A stretch of DNA of 64,000 nucleotides, taken from Patescibacteria group bacterium (GTDB taxonomy: Bacteria > Patescibacteriota > Patescibacteriia > JACQRZ01). The stretch spans positions 9,240 through 73,239 of the forward strand of contig JBBTRI010000006.1 in the NCBI GenBank assembly GCA_038065255.1, given 5' to 3'. Every line of letters starts with the position of its first letter. The first letter of the stretch is position 1. The notes under the pieces are model-generated. The model made no database searches and was not told the DNA's origin. It was given only the letters and a program-made list of their open reading frames with translations. This document shows, piece after piece, positions 20,099 to 30,514 of this stretch. The position numbers were made by a program, and so were the translations under genes.

Positions 20099-21431
20099 CG
20101 ACCGGAGAATAAGCCACCTTTTTTATAAAAGCGTAATAGGCACACTTATTATTGCTGCATTTCCGCTCTATGCTCAAGAAGCCCCACGAAGTTCCGATGT
20201 TGAAGAACTACAAACAGCATTACATACTATCGAGCGGCAGATTGTCGCGTATGAGAAAAATCTTTCGATCACCAAGAGGCAGCGTGTGGCTATTGGAAGC
20301 TTGTTGGAAACGCTTAAGGCGCAACGCATTAGCTTGCAGGAACAGATACGCCTCAGCGAACGTTCACGCGATGCCCTTCAAGACCGCATAGATGCGGTGA
20401 TTACTGACATCGATGCGCAGGAGCAAAGGGTGGAAAAAGCGCGAAAAGAACTTTCAGAACTTCTGCATATGCTTCGGCAGAACGCGAGTCGCTCATCGTT
20501 TGAGTCATTTGTTGTTCATGCGTCCCTTTCGGCCTATCTTGATGAGCAAGAGCAAACACTTCTTCTTTTGCGCATTCTTCATCTTCGGTATCTTTCGTTT
20601 AAAACCATACTTTTTGAATTGAACCAGAAAAAAAATGAACTGGATTCATATGTTAGAGAACTTGAGCATACGTTAAAAAAGAAAAGCATTCAGCAAGGAC
20701 AAGTTGACCAAAATTCTCGATTGCAAACGGTGCTATTGTCAAAGACAAAAGAAAAAGAAAAAACCACAGCACAACAATTGAGCGAGTCAAAGAAAAAAGC
20801 GCGAGCAATACGTGGCAGGATCTATGAACTGTTCAATGTCGGCAAACAGATTAATTTCGGTGCTGCGTATGAGATGGCACAGTGGGTCGGCAGTCAATAT
20901 CACATCCGACCCGCCTATCTTCTTGCTGTTCTGACACAGGAATCAAACTTGGGTAAAAATGTCGGTACCTGTAATCGCGCAACTGATCCGCCGGAAAAAC
21001 ATTGGAAGGTTATTATGAAGCCAACACGGGACCATAAACCTTTTTTGCAGATTACCAAAGAGCTTGGCCTTGATCCGGATACAACCCCCGTATCGTGTCC
21101 CATGATCCGGAACGGAAAACAGATTGGGTGGGGCGGCGCCATGGGTCCCGCACAATTTATTCCGTCAACATGGATGGGATATCGAGATAAGGTACGAACC
21201 GTCACAGGAGGCGCCGCTAATCCATGGAATATTCGTGATGCATTTATTGCTGCAGCAATTAAGCTAAGCAGTGATGGTGCACGCAATTCCGAGCAGAGTG
21301 AATTCAATGCAGCATTGCGTTATTTTTCCGGATCGGTCAATTTGACATATCGGTTTTATGGCGATAATGTACTTGCAATCGCAGAGCGGTATGAACAAGA
21401 CATTAAGCAGCTGGAAGCGTTACCTAATTAG
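20091..21431 (+). CDS. Coiled-coil lytic murein transglycosylase (SLT/MltB-like C-terminus)
   Basis: Signal region, long coiled coil, LTQES catalytic Glu, GAMGPAQFIPSTW; start moved to ATG 20091. Confidence 0.88.
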   Translation: MLNDRRISHLFYKSVIGTLIIAAFPLYAQEAPRSSDVEELQTALHTIERQIVAYEKNLSITKRQRVAIGSLLETLKAQRISLQEQIRLSERSRDALQDRIDAVITDIDAQEQRVEKARKELSELLHMLRQNASRSSFESFVVHASLSAYLDEQEQTLLLLRILHLRYLSFKTILFELNQKKNELDSYVRELEHTLKKKSIQQGQVDQNSRLQTVLLSKTKEKEKTTAQQLSESKKKARAIRGRIYELFNVGKQINFGAAYEMAQWVGSQYHIRPAYLLAVLTQESNLGKNVGTCNRATDPPEKHWKVIMKPTRDHKPFLQITKELGLDPDTTPVSCPMIRNGKQIGWGGAMGPAQFIPSTWMGYRDKVRTVTGGAANPWNIRDAFIAAAIKLSSDGARNSEQSEFNAALRYFSGSVNLTYRFYGDNVLAIAERYEQDIKQLEALPN

Positions 21432-21478
21432 TATTTTTTGAAAGAAATCCAATCCATATTTATAGTACCTATAGGTAT

Positions 21479-22237
21479 ATGCTTCATGATATAAAAAAAA
21501 TACTTACACTTGCATTTGGCATTATCCTTATTGGCATTGGAGCATTTCTTTTTTTGACGCGCTTTTCTGAGGAAACTCCCGGCATATCAACCAATCAGAG
21601 CGTTTCTTCAAATATTCAAGAGATAATCCGGAAGGAAGATACTCCTGTGTCGGCAGAGCAAAAGCCCACTCAATCGCAGAGTGAGCAAGCGCGTACTACT
21701 CGCTTCGTAATTGTTGGCAGTGCTTCGGAGGCATCGTTTACGATTAATGAAGTTCTTCGAGGCACGCCATTTACTGTTGTTGGGAAAACTCATGAAGTAG
21801 GAGGGAACGTTGACGTTGACTTCAGTAATCCATCTCAGACGAAAATAGGTGCGATCAGCATCAATGCTCAGGCATTTCGCACAGACAGTGCAAATAGAGA
21901 TGGCGCCATTAAGAGCTTCATACTCCATTCCGAGGATGCTGGCAAGGAATCGGTTACATTCACACCCACAACAATTACTGGTCTTCCGAAAGCTTTCGCT
22001 GCAGGCATCCCGCTTAATCTCACTATTGCCGGCAATCTCACTATTGCCGGTGTGACGAAACAAGTAGTGTTTAATGCTTTCAATGTCTTTGTATCGCCTG
22101 AATCTCTCACAGGTGATGCTCAAAGTACTATCAAACGATCGGATTACGGGCTGAGTATTCCGAATATCCCATTTGTGGCAAATGTTTCGGATGAGCTTAC
22201 TATTGCCCTCCGCTTGGAAGCGCAAGCAGGAAAATAA
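21479..22237 (+). CDS. YceI-family lipid/polyisoprenoid-binding protein
   Basis: N-terminal TM; S.ASF, RD..I, GNLTIAGVTK.V and I.RSDYG motifs. Confidence 0.85.
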   Translation: MLHDIKKILTLAFGIILIGIGAFLFLTRFSEETPGISTNQSVSSNIQEIIRKEDTPVSAEQKPTQSQSEQARTTRFVIVGSASEASFTINEVLRGTPFTVVGKTHEVGGNVDVDFSNPSQTKIGAISINAQAFRTDSANRDGAIKSFILHSEDAGKESVTFTPTTITGLPKAFAAGIPLNLTIAGNLTIAGVTKQVVFNAFNVFVSPESLTGDAQSTIKRSDYGLSIPNIPFVANVSDELTIALRLEAQAGK

Positions 22238-22256
22238 TTTTTTTAAGTACCTGTAT

Positions 22257-24311
22257 ATGATTCAATCCAATCATACCCATTGGTTTGTCCGACATACATT
22301 CATTACAGTTTTTGGAATCCTTGTGCTAGTAGGAGGAGCTTTTTTCTTGTACGGCATATTTTCAAAAAATAAAGAGCCGGCGCATTATAGCCTTTCATTA
22401 CTGAAACGGGGAACCATCATATCTTCGGTTACAGGAAGTGGTCATGTTTCCGCATCAAATCAGTTTGATGTTAAAAGCATGGTAAGCGGTACGATTATTA
22501 GTATTGATGTTTCAAATGGGAAGCATGTACAAGAAGGGGCGGTACTAGTACGTCTTGACAATAAAGATGCTGCTAAGGTTGTTCGGGATGCTCAGGTAAG
22601 TCTTCAGTCATCTGAACTTGCGCTCAAAAAAATAAAACAACCTCCCGATCGTCTTGCAGTACTTCAGGCAGAGAATGCTCTTACACAAAGCAAGAATGCA
22701 AAACAGCGTGCGGCAGAAGATCTTGATTCTGCTCGCATTGCCTTGCAAAAAATGATCCAACCCCCTGATGAACTTGCCTTATTGCAGGCTAACAATGCTC
22801 TTATATCTGCGCAGGAATCGCTACTAAAGACCAAAGACGATCTGAAAAAATCCCGCGAAGATGGTTTTAATGCTGTAGCAGACGCATTTTTAAACTTTCC
22901 AACAATCATGACTGGCTTGAATGACATGTTTTTTGTCAGCTCCATCGATCGCAATCAACTTAATGTTGATTGGTATGCAAACCAAATAACTCGATGGGAT
23001 TCAGATAAAGTTATTCGATATAAGCAAGATCTTGTTACCGGTTATGCGGCGGCTAAAAAAGAATATGATACAAACTTCGATCACTATAAAACATCATCCC
23101 GTTCGTCAGATCCTCAAACACTCGAAGCGCTTATTATCGAAACATACGAGACAAGCAAATTGATATCCGATACAGTGAAGGCTGCAAATAACTTTGTTGA
23201 TCTGATTCAAAATGCATTGAAGGAGCATAGCTATCCGCTGCCATCAGTCATGGCGACCCATAAAAATACACTGACAACATATACCAGCCAATCCAATATT
23301 AGCTCATCGAATCTTTTGGCGATTAAACAGGATATCGAATCAAAAAAGACATCGATTATAAGTGCCCAAAGGACCATTGATGATAAAACGGAAAGTTTGA
23401 GAAAACTTAAGGAAGGAGCCGACCCGCTGGATATCCAGGCGCAAAAAATTACTATTAAGCAAAGAGAAGATGCTATTTTTGATGCTGACCGTGCGATAGT
23501 AGAAAAAACGGAAAGTTTGAGAAAACTTAAGGAAGGAGCCGACCCGCTGGATATCCAGGCGCAAGAACTTACCGTTATCCAGCGCAAGAATACTCTTGTC
23601 GATGCACAGGAGAAACTTGGAGATTATACGATTCGAGCTCCGTTCAGTGGCGATATTGCCGCTCTACCGGTAAAAACCAATGATTCGCTCTCACCGTCAA
23701 GCATTGCGATAACGCTTATTACCAGCCAGAGTATTGTAGAACTTTCTCTCAACGAGGTTGATGTTGCAAAAGTCAAACGTTCTCAAAAAGTAACACTTAC
23801 GTTTGATGCACTCCCTGATGTAGCCATAAGTGGCAGCATTTCCGACATAGACACGGTTGGCACCGTGTCCCAAGGAGTCGTTACGTATATCGTAAAAGTT
23901 TCTCTTGATATACAGGATGAACGAGTGAAGCCGGGTATGAGCGCAAGTGGAACGATTATTATTGATATTCGTCAAGATGTTCTTGTGGCGCCGAACAGCG
24001 CTCTGAAAAGCCGCGGGGATGCATCGTATATTCTTGTGCCATCAGAATCTGTTCCACCAGATCGATCACAGCTCAATAATATCATACTCGCATCTGAACC
24101 GAGGGAAGCATTGGTTATAACAGGAGGAGCAAATGATACACTCACAGAAATTATTTCCGGGTTGAAAGAAGGCGATATGATAATTGTAAAAACCATTCAG
24201 CAACAATCACAACCGGTTCAATCACAGGCTCCCAGTATCTTTGGTTCGCCCGGGGGGAGTCGAGGGTTTGGCGGCGGCAGTTCCGGTGCGGCAGGAAGGC
24301 TTGGCAGATAA
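22257..24311 (+). CDS. Periplasmic adaptor/membrane fusion protein (HlyD/MacA-like) with very long coiled coil
   Basis: TM anchor, lipoyl half-motifs (SGTI..I.V..G..V..G.VL; IRAPFSG), KPGMSA; start moved to ATG 22257. Confidence 0.9.
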   Translation: MIQSNHTHWFVRHTFITVFGILVLVGGAFFLYGIFSKNKEPAHYSLSLLKRGTIISSVTGSGHVSASNQFDVKSMVSGTIISIDVSNGKHVQEGAVLVRLDNKDAAKVVRDAQVSLQSSELALKKIKQPPDRLAVLQAENALTQSKNAKQRAAEDLDSARIALQKMIQPPDELALLQANNALISAQESLLKTKDDLKKSREDGFNAVADAFLNFPTIMTGLNDMFFVSSIDRNQLNVDWYANQITRWDSDKVIRYKQDLVTGYAAAKKEYDTNFDHYKTSSRSSDPQTLEALIIETYETSKLISDTVKAANNFVDLIQNALKEHSYPLPSVMATHKNTLTTYTSQSNISSSNLLAIKQDIESKKTSIISAQRTIDDKTESLRKLKEGADPLDIQAQKITIKQREDAIFDADRAIVEKTESLRKLKEGADPLDIQAQELTVIQRKNTLVDAQEKLGDYTIRAPFSGDIAALPVKTNDSLSPSSIAITLITSQSIVELSLNEVDVAKVKRSQKVTLTFDALPDVAISGSISDIDTVGTVSQGVVTYIVKVSLDIQDERVKPGMSASGTIIIDIRQDVLVAPNSALKSRGDASYILVPSESVPPDRSQLNNIILASEPREALVITGGANDTLTEIISGLKEGDMIIVKTIQQQSQPVQSQAPSIFGSPGGSRGFGGGSSGAAGRLGR
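23385..23564 (+). repeat. Exact 60-bp direct repeat, 120-bp period, within the adaptor gene
   Basis: 23385-23444 is identical to 23505-23564 and encodes KTESLRKLKEGADPLDIQAQ. Confidence 0.95.
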
Positions 24312-24319
24312 GTTTGCAT

Positions 24320-25033
24320 ATGATTGATCTGAAGAACATTTCAAAAACCTATACAACAGGGTCAGTTGAGTTGCAAGCACTCAAGGAAGTAAGCTTTTCC
24401 GTGAAGTCGGGAGAGTTTATTGCTATTATGGGGCCGTCAGGTTCCGGCAAGTCGACTCTCATGCAAATCATCGGAGCGCTTGATACGCCAACAAGCGGCA
24501 CATACTATCTTGAGGGAAGGGATGTTTCATCTCTTAATGAAGACGAGCTTGCGGATATTCGGCGAGAAAAAATCGGGTTTATTTTTCAGGCATTTAATCT
24601 TTTGCCGCGAACAACCGTATTGAGAAACGTCATGCTTCCTTTGGTCTATTCCGGAATACAGCATTCGCAGCGGATTATCAGGGCGAAAGCCGCTCTTGCA
24701 GCAGCCGGACTTGACGAAGGACACTATCATCATCTTTCAAACCAGCTTTCCGGAGGCCAGATTCAACGCGTTGCGATTGCGCGCGCCCTTATCAACAATC
24801 CATCGATTATTCTTGCAGATGAACCAACAGGCAATCTTGATTCGGCGACGGGAGAAATTGTTCTCGAAACATTCCAGCGTCTTAATAAAGAGCAGGGGAG
24901 AACGATCATACTTATCACCCATGAACGGTATGTTGCAGAACATGCCGAACGCATTCTCTTTATCAAAGACGGCATGCTTTGTGAGGATACCACGAATCAT
25001 AATCGTATCATAAAGGACTATGAGCATTCTTGA
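24320..25033 (+). CDS. ABC transporter ATP-binding protein (MacB/LolD-like)
   Basis: GPSGSGKST, LSGGQIQRVAIARAL, ILADEPTGNLD. Confidence 0.95.
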   Translation: MIDLKNISKTYTTGSVELQALKEVSFSVKSGEFIAIMGPSGSGKSTLMQIIGALDTPTSGTYYLEGRDVSSLNEDELADIRREKIGFIFQAFNLLPRTTVLRNVMLPLVYSGIQHSQRIIRAKAALAAAGLDEGHYHHLSNQLSGGQIQRVAIARALINNPSIILADEPTGNLDSATGEIVLETFQRLNKEQGRTIILITHERYVAEHAERILFIKDGMLCEDTTNHNRIIKDYEHS

Positions 25034-26231
25034 TCTTTTAGAAGAAACAGTAAGCGCTCTATTATCCAATAAGGTTCGTTCCAGCCTTACTGTTTTGGGT
25101 ATTGTGATTGGAATTAGCTCCGTTATTGTGATGGTGTCGATAGGGCAGGGGGCGCAAAATGCAATTAAATCGAGTATTGAAGGTTTGGGATCGAATTTGT
25201 TAATGGTTATGCCAGGCATTGTGCAACCCGGAAGAGGGATTGTATCTGCCGGAAGAGGTTCTGCGCAAACACTCAAAAATATGGATACGGAGTTGTTAGA
25301 AAACATAGATGGTATTGCCGGTATTTCAGCTGAGCTGTCGAGAAGATTCCAGGTAAGCGCTCCGACGGGGAATAATACAAATACAACCATCATGGGATCT
25401 CAAGCATCATATACGACTGTCCACAACCTTATACTTTCTGATGGGTCATTTATAACCGATGCACAGGTGCGAAGTATGGGGCGCCAAGCAATTCTGGGTG
25501 CTACTGTCGCAAAGGATTTGTTTGGTGAATCAAACATGATTGGCAAGACAATTAGAATCGGCCAGTCGCTTTTTACGGTTGTCGGTACGCTTGCGAGTAA
25601 GGGTGGCGCAGGATTTTCCGGCCCTGACGATATGATATTCGTACCGGTTTCTACCATGCAAAAGGTATTAAGCGGAACGGATTATCTCTCATCGATTGCC
25701 ATAAGCGTTAAAGATAAGAACAGTATCGAGACAGTGCGAAGCGCGGTGAATGATGCATTGCTGGCATCCCATCGAATTGCTGATCCTGATTTTTCCATCA
25801 TCTCTCAAGAGGATGTTTTGGGAACACTCACGCAGGTGGTGAATACCTTCACATTATTTCTCGCATCGATTGCAAGTATCTCGCTTCTTGTCGGCGGTAT
25901 TGGTATTATGAATATGATGTTGACGAATGTTACGGAGCGCACCAAAGAAATCGGATTGCGTAAAGCAATCGGTGCGAGGCGCAAAGATATCACTCTTCAG
26001 TTTTTGAGTGAAGCCGTTTGTTTGACGCTTATCGGAGGATGTATCGGCATTGCTCTGGGTGTTGGAATATCGCTTTTGATAACATCAATCGGTGTGTTGC
26101 AGACGCATATCTCTCTTCCTTCCATTGCGCTTGCCTTTGGCGTGTCTGCGGGCATAGGCATTGTGTTTGGGTATTATCCGGCACGTCGAGCTTCAGCCCT
26201 CAATCCAATCCAGGCGTTACGCTATGAATAA
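25020..26231 (+). CDS. ABC transporter permease (MacB/FtsX family)
   Basis: RS.LT.LGIVIGI, GGIGIMNMML..V.ERT.EIG.RKAIGA, YPA.RA..LNPI.ALRYE. Confidence 0.95.
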   Translation: MSILDLLEETVSALLSNKVRSSLTVLGIVIGISSVIVMVSIGQGAQNAIKSSIEGLGSNLLMVMPGIVQPGRGIVSAGRGSAQTLKNMDTELLENIDGIAGISAELSRRFQVSAPTGNNTNTTIMGSQASYTTVHNLILSDGSFITDAQVRSMGRQAILGATVAKDLFGESNMIGKTIRIGQSLFTVVGTLASKGGAGFSGPDDMIFVPVSTMQKVLSGTDYLSSIAISVKDKNSIETVRSAVNDALLASHRIADPDFSIISQEDVLGTLTQVVNTFTLFLASIASISLLVGGIGIMNMMLTNVTERTKEIGLRKAIGARRKDITLQFLSEAVCLTLIGGCIGIALGVGISLLITSIGVLQTHISLPSIALAFGVSAGIGIVFGYYPARRASALNPIQALRYE

Positions 26232-26249
26232 GTATTAATTTTATAAGAT

Positions 26250-26681
26250 ATGAAAAAAGTTATCGTAGGAATTATTGTTATTATTATTGTCGGTTCAGGT
26301 TCCTTTTATGGTGGGATGACGTACGCAAAGAAGAACCCACAACAGCGACCTAGTGGAGTAAACACCAGACTTCAAAACGCTGGTCAAAATGGAGTTTTGG
26401 GCGGTATGCGCGGAAATGGCGCCGGCGGTTTTGTGAACGGGGAAATTTTGTCAAAAGATGATAAAAGCATAATCGTAAAACTTCGAAACGGAGGATCAAA
26501 AATAGTCTTTATGTCCGCAGCGACAAAAGTCACAAAATCAGTGGAAGGATCATTTGCTGATATTACAATCGGAGAACAAGTAATGGTTTCCGGCGAGGAC
26601 AACAGCGACGGCAGCATGACAGCGCAATCGATTCAAATACGCCCCGATCAAGCCACATTCCAGCAGCGCCAGCGCCAATAG
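26250..26681 (+). CDS. DUF5666-like OB-fold protein with N-terminal TM
   Basis: FYGGM, GEI.S.D...I.V and G..V.V.G..NSDGS..AQSIQI; located after the MacAB-like genes. Confidence 0.7.
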   Translation: MKKVIVGIIVIIIVGSGSFYGGMTYAKKNPQQRPSGVNTRLQNAGQNGVLGGMRGNGAGGFVNGEILSKDDKSIIVKLRNGGSKIVFMSAATKVTKSVEGSFADITIGEQVMVSGEDNSDGSMTAQSIQIRPDQATFQQRQRQ

Positions 26682-26742
26682 AAGACTAGTTACCTGATTC
26701 ACACTTGCAATGGAAGCGAATATGCTGTAGACTGTTTTGATT

Positions 26743-28209
26743 ATGGCGCAAGAAACAGTCGTACTTCGTTTTAACGAAGTGACATTTGAATATCAAGAAC
26801 ACAAACCTCTTTTGGAAGAGGCATCTTTTTCTGTGCGCAATGGAAGTAAGATCGCTCTTATGGGGCAGAATGGTGCAGGGAAAACGACTCTGTTTAAGCT
26901 AATCCTTGGCCAATGTTCACCTAAAGAAGGGAATATTGCGCTAACCCCCAAAGACGCCACCGTCGGCATAGCGCGACAGGTAATACACACTGAAGAGAAG
27001 GACAAAACCGTTAAAGAATGGTTCGCCTCGACGTTTGCGGAAGTGCCGTATAATATCGATAAGCGTATAGCTGACGTACTTGATGCTGTAAATCTGAAAA
27101 CGGATACAGATAAAAAATTACGAGAGCATTCCGGAGGTCAGCAGGCACGCCTACTCTTGGCGTATTCACTAATTCAGGATCCGGATATTCTTTTACTGGA
27201 TGAACCCACGAATAACCTTGATCAAGAGGGTATAGACCACTTAACTGGTTTTCTCATGGTCTATGATAAGACTGTGATTGTCATTTCTCATGATGCCGAA
27301 TTTCTCAATGCTTTCACCGACGGCGTGCTGTATCTGGATTCGCATACCAAGAAAGTGGAGCAGTATGTCGGCAATTATTATAATGTTGTGGAAGAAATAA
27401 CTAAGCGCATAGAGCGTGAACGCATGCAGAACGCGCGCGCGGAGACAGAGATCAAGAAAAAGATAGCTCAAGCGGAAGTGTTTGCCCACAAAGGCGGCAA
27501 GCTCCGTTCGGTTGCAAAGCGCATGCGCGAACATGCCGAAGAAATGGAAGAGACGATGGTAGATGTGCGCAGGGAAGACAAGACGATACGGGAGTTCTCA
27601 GTTCCAGCTCAAGAATTTTTCTTTGAATTCAGCGGCAGGATACTTGAGATAAATAAAGTAGGTATTATCAAAGAGGGTGAAGCTGTTGTGAAGGATCTGG
27701 ACGTCACATTGCGGAAAAATACACATCTCCTGCTTTCCGGCCCGAATGGCATTGGCAAGAGTACATTTTTAGAAAAGATCGTATCAGGTACAGCCGAAGG
27801 CGTTACTATCGGTTCTGATGTGCGCGTCGGGTATTATCGGCAGGACTTTTCCATATTAGACTACAATCAGCGAGCATACGACAGTCTGTGGGATGCCATG
27901 GAGGAAAAAGAAAATCAACTGCTACGCTCTACGGCTTCAGGATTTCTTTTGGACAGTAAAGCATTGGATACGACAATCAAGTATCTTTCTGAAGGGCAGA
28001 AAGGTTTACTTGTGTTTGCTCGCCTTGTGCTCATGCGACCAGGCCTTCTGATCCTTGATGAACCTACGAATCATATCAACTTCCGGCATTTGCCCATCAT
28101 TGCGCAAGCCCTCAATGAATATCAAGGCGCAATGATCCTTGTGAGCCACATTCCAGACTTTGTTTCAAAGATTCGCATTGACACGACCATTGATCTAGGT
28201 GTTTTATGA
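26743..28209 (+). CDS. ABC-F family ATPase
   Basis: Two ABC domains (GQNGAGKTT, GPNGIGKST; LDEPTN twice), no TM segments. Confidence 0.92.
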   Translation: MAQETVVLRFNEVTFEYQEHKPLLEEASFSVRNGSKIALMGQNGAGKTTLFKLILGQCSPKEGNIALTPKDATVGIARQVIHTEEKDKTVKEWFASTFAEVPYNIDKRIADVLDAVNLKTDTDKKLREHSGGQQARLLLAYSLIQDPDILLLDEPTNNLDQEGIDHLTGFLMVYDKTVIVISHDAEFLNAFTDGVLYLDSHTKKVEQYVGNYYNVVEEITKRIERERMQNARAETEIKKKIAQAEVFAHKGGKLRSVAKRMREHAEEMEETMVDVRREDKTIREFSVPAQEFFFEFSGRILEINKVGIIKEGEAVVKDLDVTLRKNTHLLLSGPNGIGKSTFLEKIVSGTAEGVTIGSDVRVGYYRQDFSILDYNQRAYDSLWDAMEEKENQLLRSTASGFLLDSKALDTTIKYLSEGQKGLLVFARLVLMRPGLLILDEPTNHINFRHLPIIAQALNEYQGAMILVSHIPDFVSKIRIDTTIDLGVL

Positions 28210-28359
28210 ATTCTTTTAATTCTAAACTCTTTTCCTCCGGGCATCTATCTGTCAGACTCGAATATTTTCCTACTGGAAAATTTCTCCGACTCCGGCCGTC
28301 GTAGTCCGTAGGGTCTTCCAGACAGATATCCCTTGGAAGAGCTTAGAATTGAAAGAATT
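28209..28359. other. Structured intergenic inverted-repeat element (MITE/REP-like or ncRNA)
   Basis: Arms 28210-28231 and 28337-28358 are complementary at 20/22 positions; nested stems TATCTGTC/GACAGATA, AGACTC/GGGTCT, ATTTTCC/GGAAAAT. Confidence 0.65.
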
Positions 28360-28437
28360 AGGAATCAAATAATAGTAATGCTATACTAAATGATGTGAAA
28401 GGTTTTGCCTTTTACTTTTTTATCTTATAAAAATCCT

Positions 28438-28806
28438 ATGCCAAATCTACAGGAGGTATTTGTAACCATCCAGGAAAGCAAGAAAAAACAACGTGAACTT
28501 CGCGCTATGTATCGCGAAGCACAAGTGCAGTCAGCGGATTACCAGGATATTGTTGCAGAAATAAAAACACTCCAAGAAAAAAAGAAAACAATTGAACAGA
28601 AATTAAAATCTGAATTTTCCAAAGAACTCGAACAAATTGACCAGCTCAAATCCGATCTTAAGGAAGAACAAGAAAAACTTGTGGCGCTTGCCATCGCCCA
28701 TCTTGCCAAAGGAGAGGCGATAAGAGTAATTGACAGTTACAATAACGTCTACGATCCTGTGATTAAGGTCTCCTTCAAGAAATCTGATGATCAACGAGCA
28801 GAGTAA
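28438..28806 (+). CDS. Coiled-coil hypothetical protein
   Basis: Start MPNLQEVF at 28438; heptad-rich charged sequence. Confidence 0.75.
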   Translation: MPNLQEVFVTIQESKKKQRELRAMYREAQVQSADYQDIVAEIKTLQEKKKTIEQKLKSEFSKELEQIDQLKSDLKEEQEKLVALAIAHLAKGEAIRVIDSYNNVYDPVIKVSFKKSDDQRAE

Positions 28807-29589
28807 TTATTCGATTTCGTAGGTAAGTGTCACATTGACTCTCACCTCCTGTGAACCCGCTTGGATCGATGGGGCTGCTTTTAATTCTGCTGATCCTCCT
28901 CCTAGGTCATATGAAGCCATTCCCTGATAGGGGTAGGGTCTGTCCGATTCTTCGCTGATGGAAATAAGTTTACCAATCTTATATCCTCCTACTTCCGAAA
29001 GCTTTTGAGCTTTATCTTTTGCTACTTTGATAGCTTCCGTGAGAGCCCTGTGTTCAAGAAGTGTTGGATCGTCAATGGTAAAATCGGGCCCCGAAACATT
29101 ATTTGCACCCTTATCCACAGCGCCAGAGATACTATCGCCGATACTATTCAGCTCGCGTATTTTTACAAGGACTGTTTGAGAAATAGTATATCCATTAATT
29201 TCCGGTGGGGGACAGACGGAAGATTCTTGATCGCTTTTGGGTGGAGGACAATTGAAATACTGGTATCGCGGGTTAACGGAATAGCTCTGTGTTTGAATAT
29301 CTTTAGGATCTACTTTTTTGCTTTTGAAAAAGTCAGTTATTGCATTCATCTTGGTTGTGTTATCCTTTTGAAGATCGGAGAGATTTTTGCCGCCCTCTGT
29401 GATAACGCTAAACGTAAGCTGAGCGACATCTGGTATGGCAATGACTTTCCCCTCGCCATTGGCATTAAATGTCCGCTTTGAAGGCTGAGCGTTGCTGTAG
29501 GATTGTTCGTAGTTGAAGAAGACAATTCCGACAACAATCATGAATAGAATAATGGCAACACCAAGAGCATTTTTGATAATTGTATGCAT
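28807..29589 (-). CDS. SIMPL domain (DUF541) protein
   Basis: TM anchor; GEGKV...PD.A, I.T..YSVNP.Y, GAN.VSG..F.IDD, AK.KA..L. Confidence 0.9.
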   Translation of the reverse strand: MHTIIKNALGVAIILFMIVVGIVFFNYEQSYSNAQPSKRTFNANGEGKVIAIPDVAQLTFSVITEGGKNLSDLQKDNTTKMNAITDFFKSKKVDPKDIQTQSYSVNPRYQYFNCPPPKSDQESSVCPPPEINGYTISQTVLVKIRELNSIGDSISGAVDKGANNVSGPDFTIDDPTLLEHRALTEAIKVAKDKAQKLSEVGGYKIGKLISISEESDRPYPYQGMASYDLGGGSAELKAAPSIQAGSQEVRVNVTLTYEIE

Positions 29590-29685
29590 AGGAAAAAATA
29601 TGATTCTTACACATAGTATAGACTCTTTGGTTTTTGAGCGCCAGTTTGATATACTGAAAATCTCATAGCACTACTATTTACTACT

Positions 29686-30459
29686 ATGGACCCCATTGAA
29701 CAACTTTTAGTATCTATCATCAAACAGGCCGGGAAGATCACGATGGATTTTTTTGGCAATTCTCATGTAACGCATACCAAATCTGACGAAGCGGATGTGG
29801 TGACCAATGCCGACATGGCATCATCAAGCCTTATTCTTACAGCAATTAATGAACATTTTCCGGATCATGGCGTTATTTCAGAAGAGGAAGATGATGTTCG
29901 GGCAGATAAGGAATATGTGTGGATTGTTGATCCCATTGATGGTACAAGGAATTACGCCACGCATACGCCGCTCTTTGGCATTTCCATTGCAGTTGCACGG
30001 AATAGCATTGTTGAGTATGCGGCTATATACTTGCCTTGCACGGATGAGTTGTTTTATGCGAGAAAAGGCAGTGGAGCAACTATGAATGGAATTCCGATCC
30101 AATGCTCCAAGAAAGAAAGTCTTCAGAAAAGCTATGGCGCAGGATTTGCTTCATGGCACCGCGAACGACTTACGATTTTAAAAAAGTTTGTAGACGCGGC
30201 AGATGCATACGAATATTGGGTGTGTGGGACGGGATCGACTGTTGTATCGGCAGTATATGTTGCAGCAGGGAAAAGAGATTGGTTTATATCTAGTGATTGC
30301 AATGTGTGGGACTATGCGGCCGCTTCACTTATTTTATTAGGATCCGGATGTCGTGTGACGAATTTCAAAGGAGAAGAGTGGACACTTCAAGATGATGAGT
30401 TTTTGGCAGCAAATGAAGCACTCCATAAGCAATTGCTGAAAATCATCAATTCAAAATAA
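29686..30459 (+). CDS. Inositol monophosphatase family protein
   Basis: VTNAD, SEE, WIVDPIDGTRNY, WD.AA. Confidence 0.92.
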   Translation: MDPIEQLLVSIIKQAGKITMDFFGNSHVTHTKSDEADVVTNADMASSSLILTAINEHFPDHGVISEEEDDVRADKEYVWIVDPIDGTRNYATHTPLFGISIAVARNSIVEYAAIYLPCTDELFYARKGSGATMNGIPIQCSKKESLQKSYGAGFASWHRERLTILKKFVDAADAYEYWVCGTGSTVVSAVYVAAGKRDWFISSDCNVWDYAAASLILLGSGCRVTNFKGEEWTLQDDEFLAANEALHKQLLKIINSK

Positions 30460-30508
30460 AAATCGGCCGGATTCGATGATGCATGTGGTGCATTCTTCGA
30501 ATCCAGCC
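30452..30508 (-). terminator. Hairpin terminator between convergent genes
   Basis: GGATTCGA..ATGCA/TGCAT..TCGAATCC stem with T-run on the minus strand. Confidence 0.55.
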
Positions 30509-30514
30509 CTTGCT

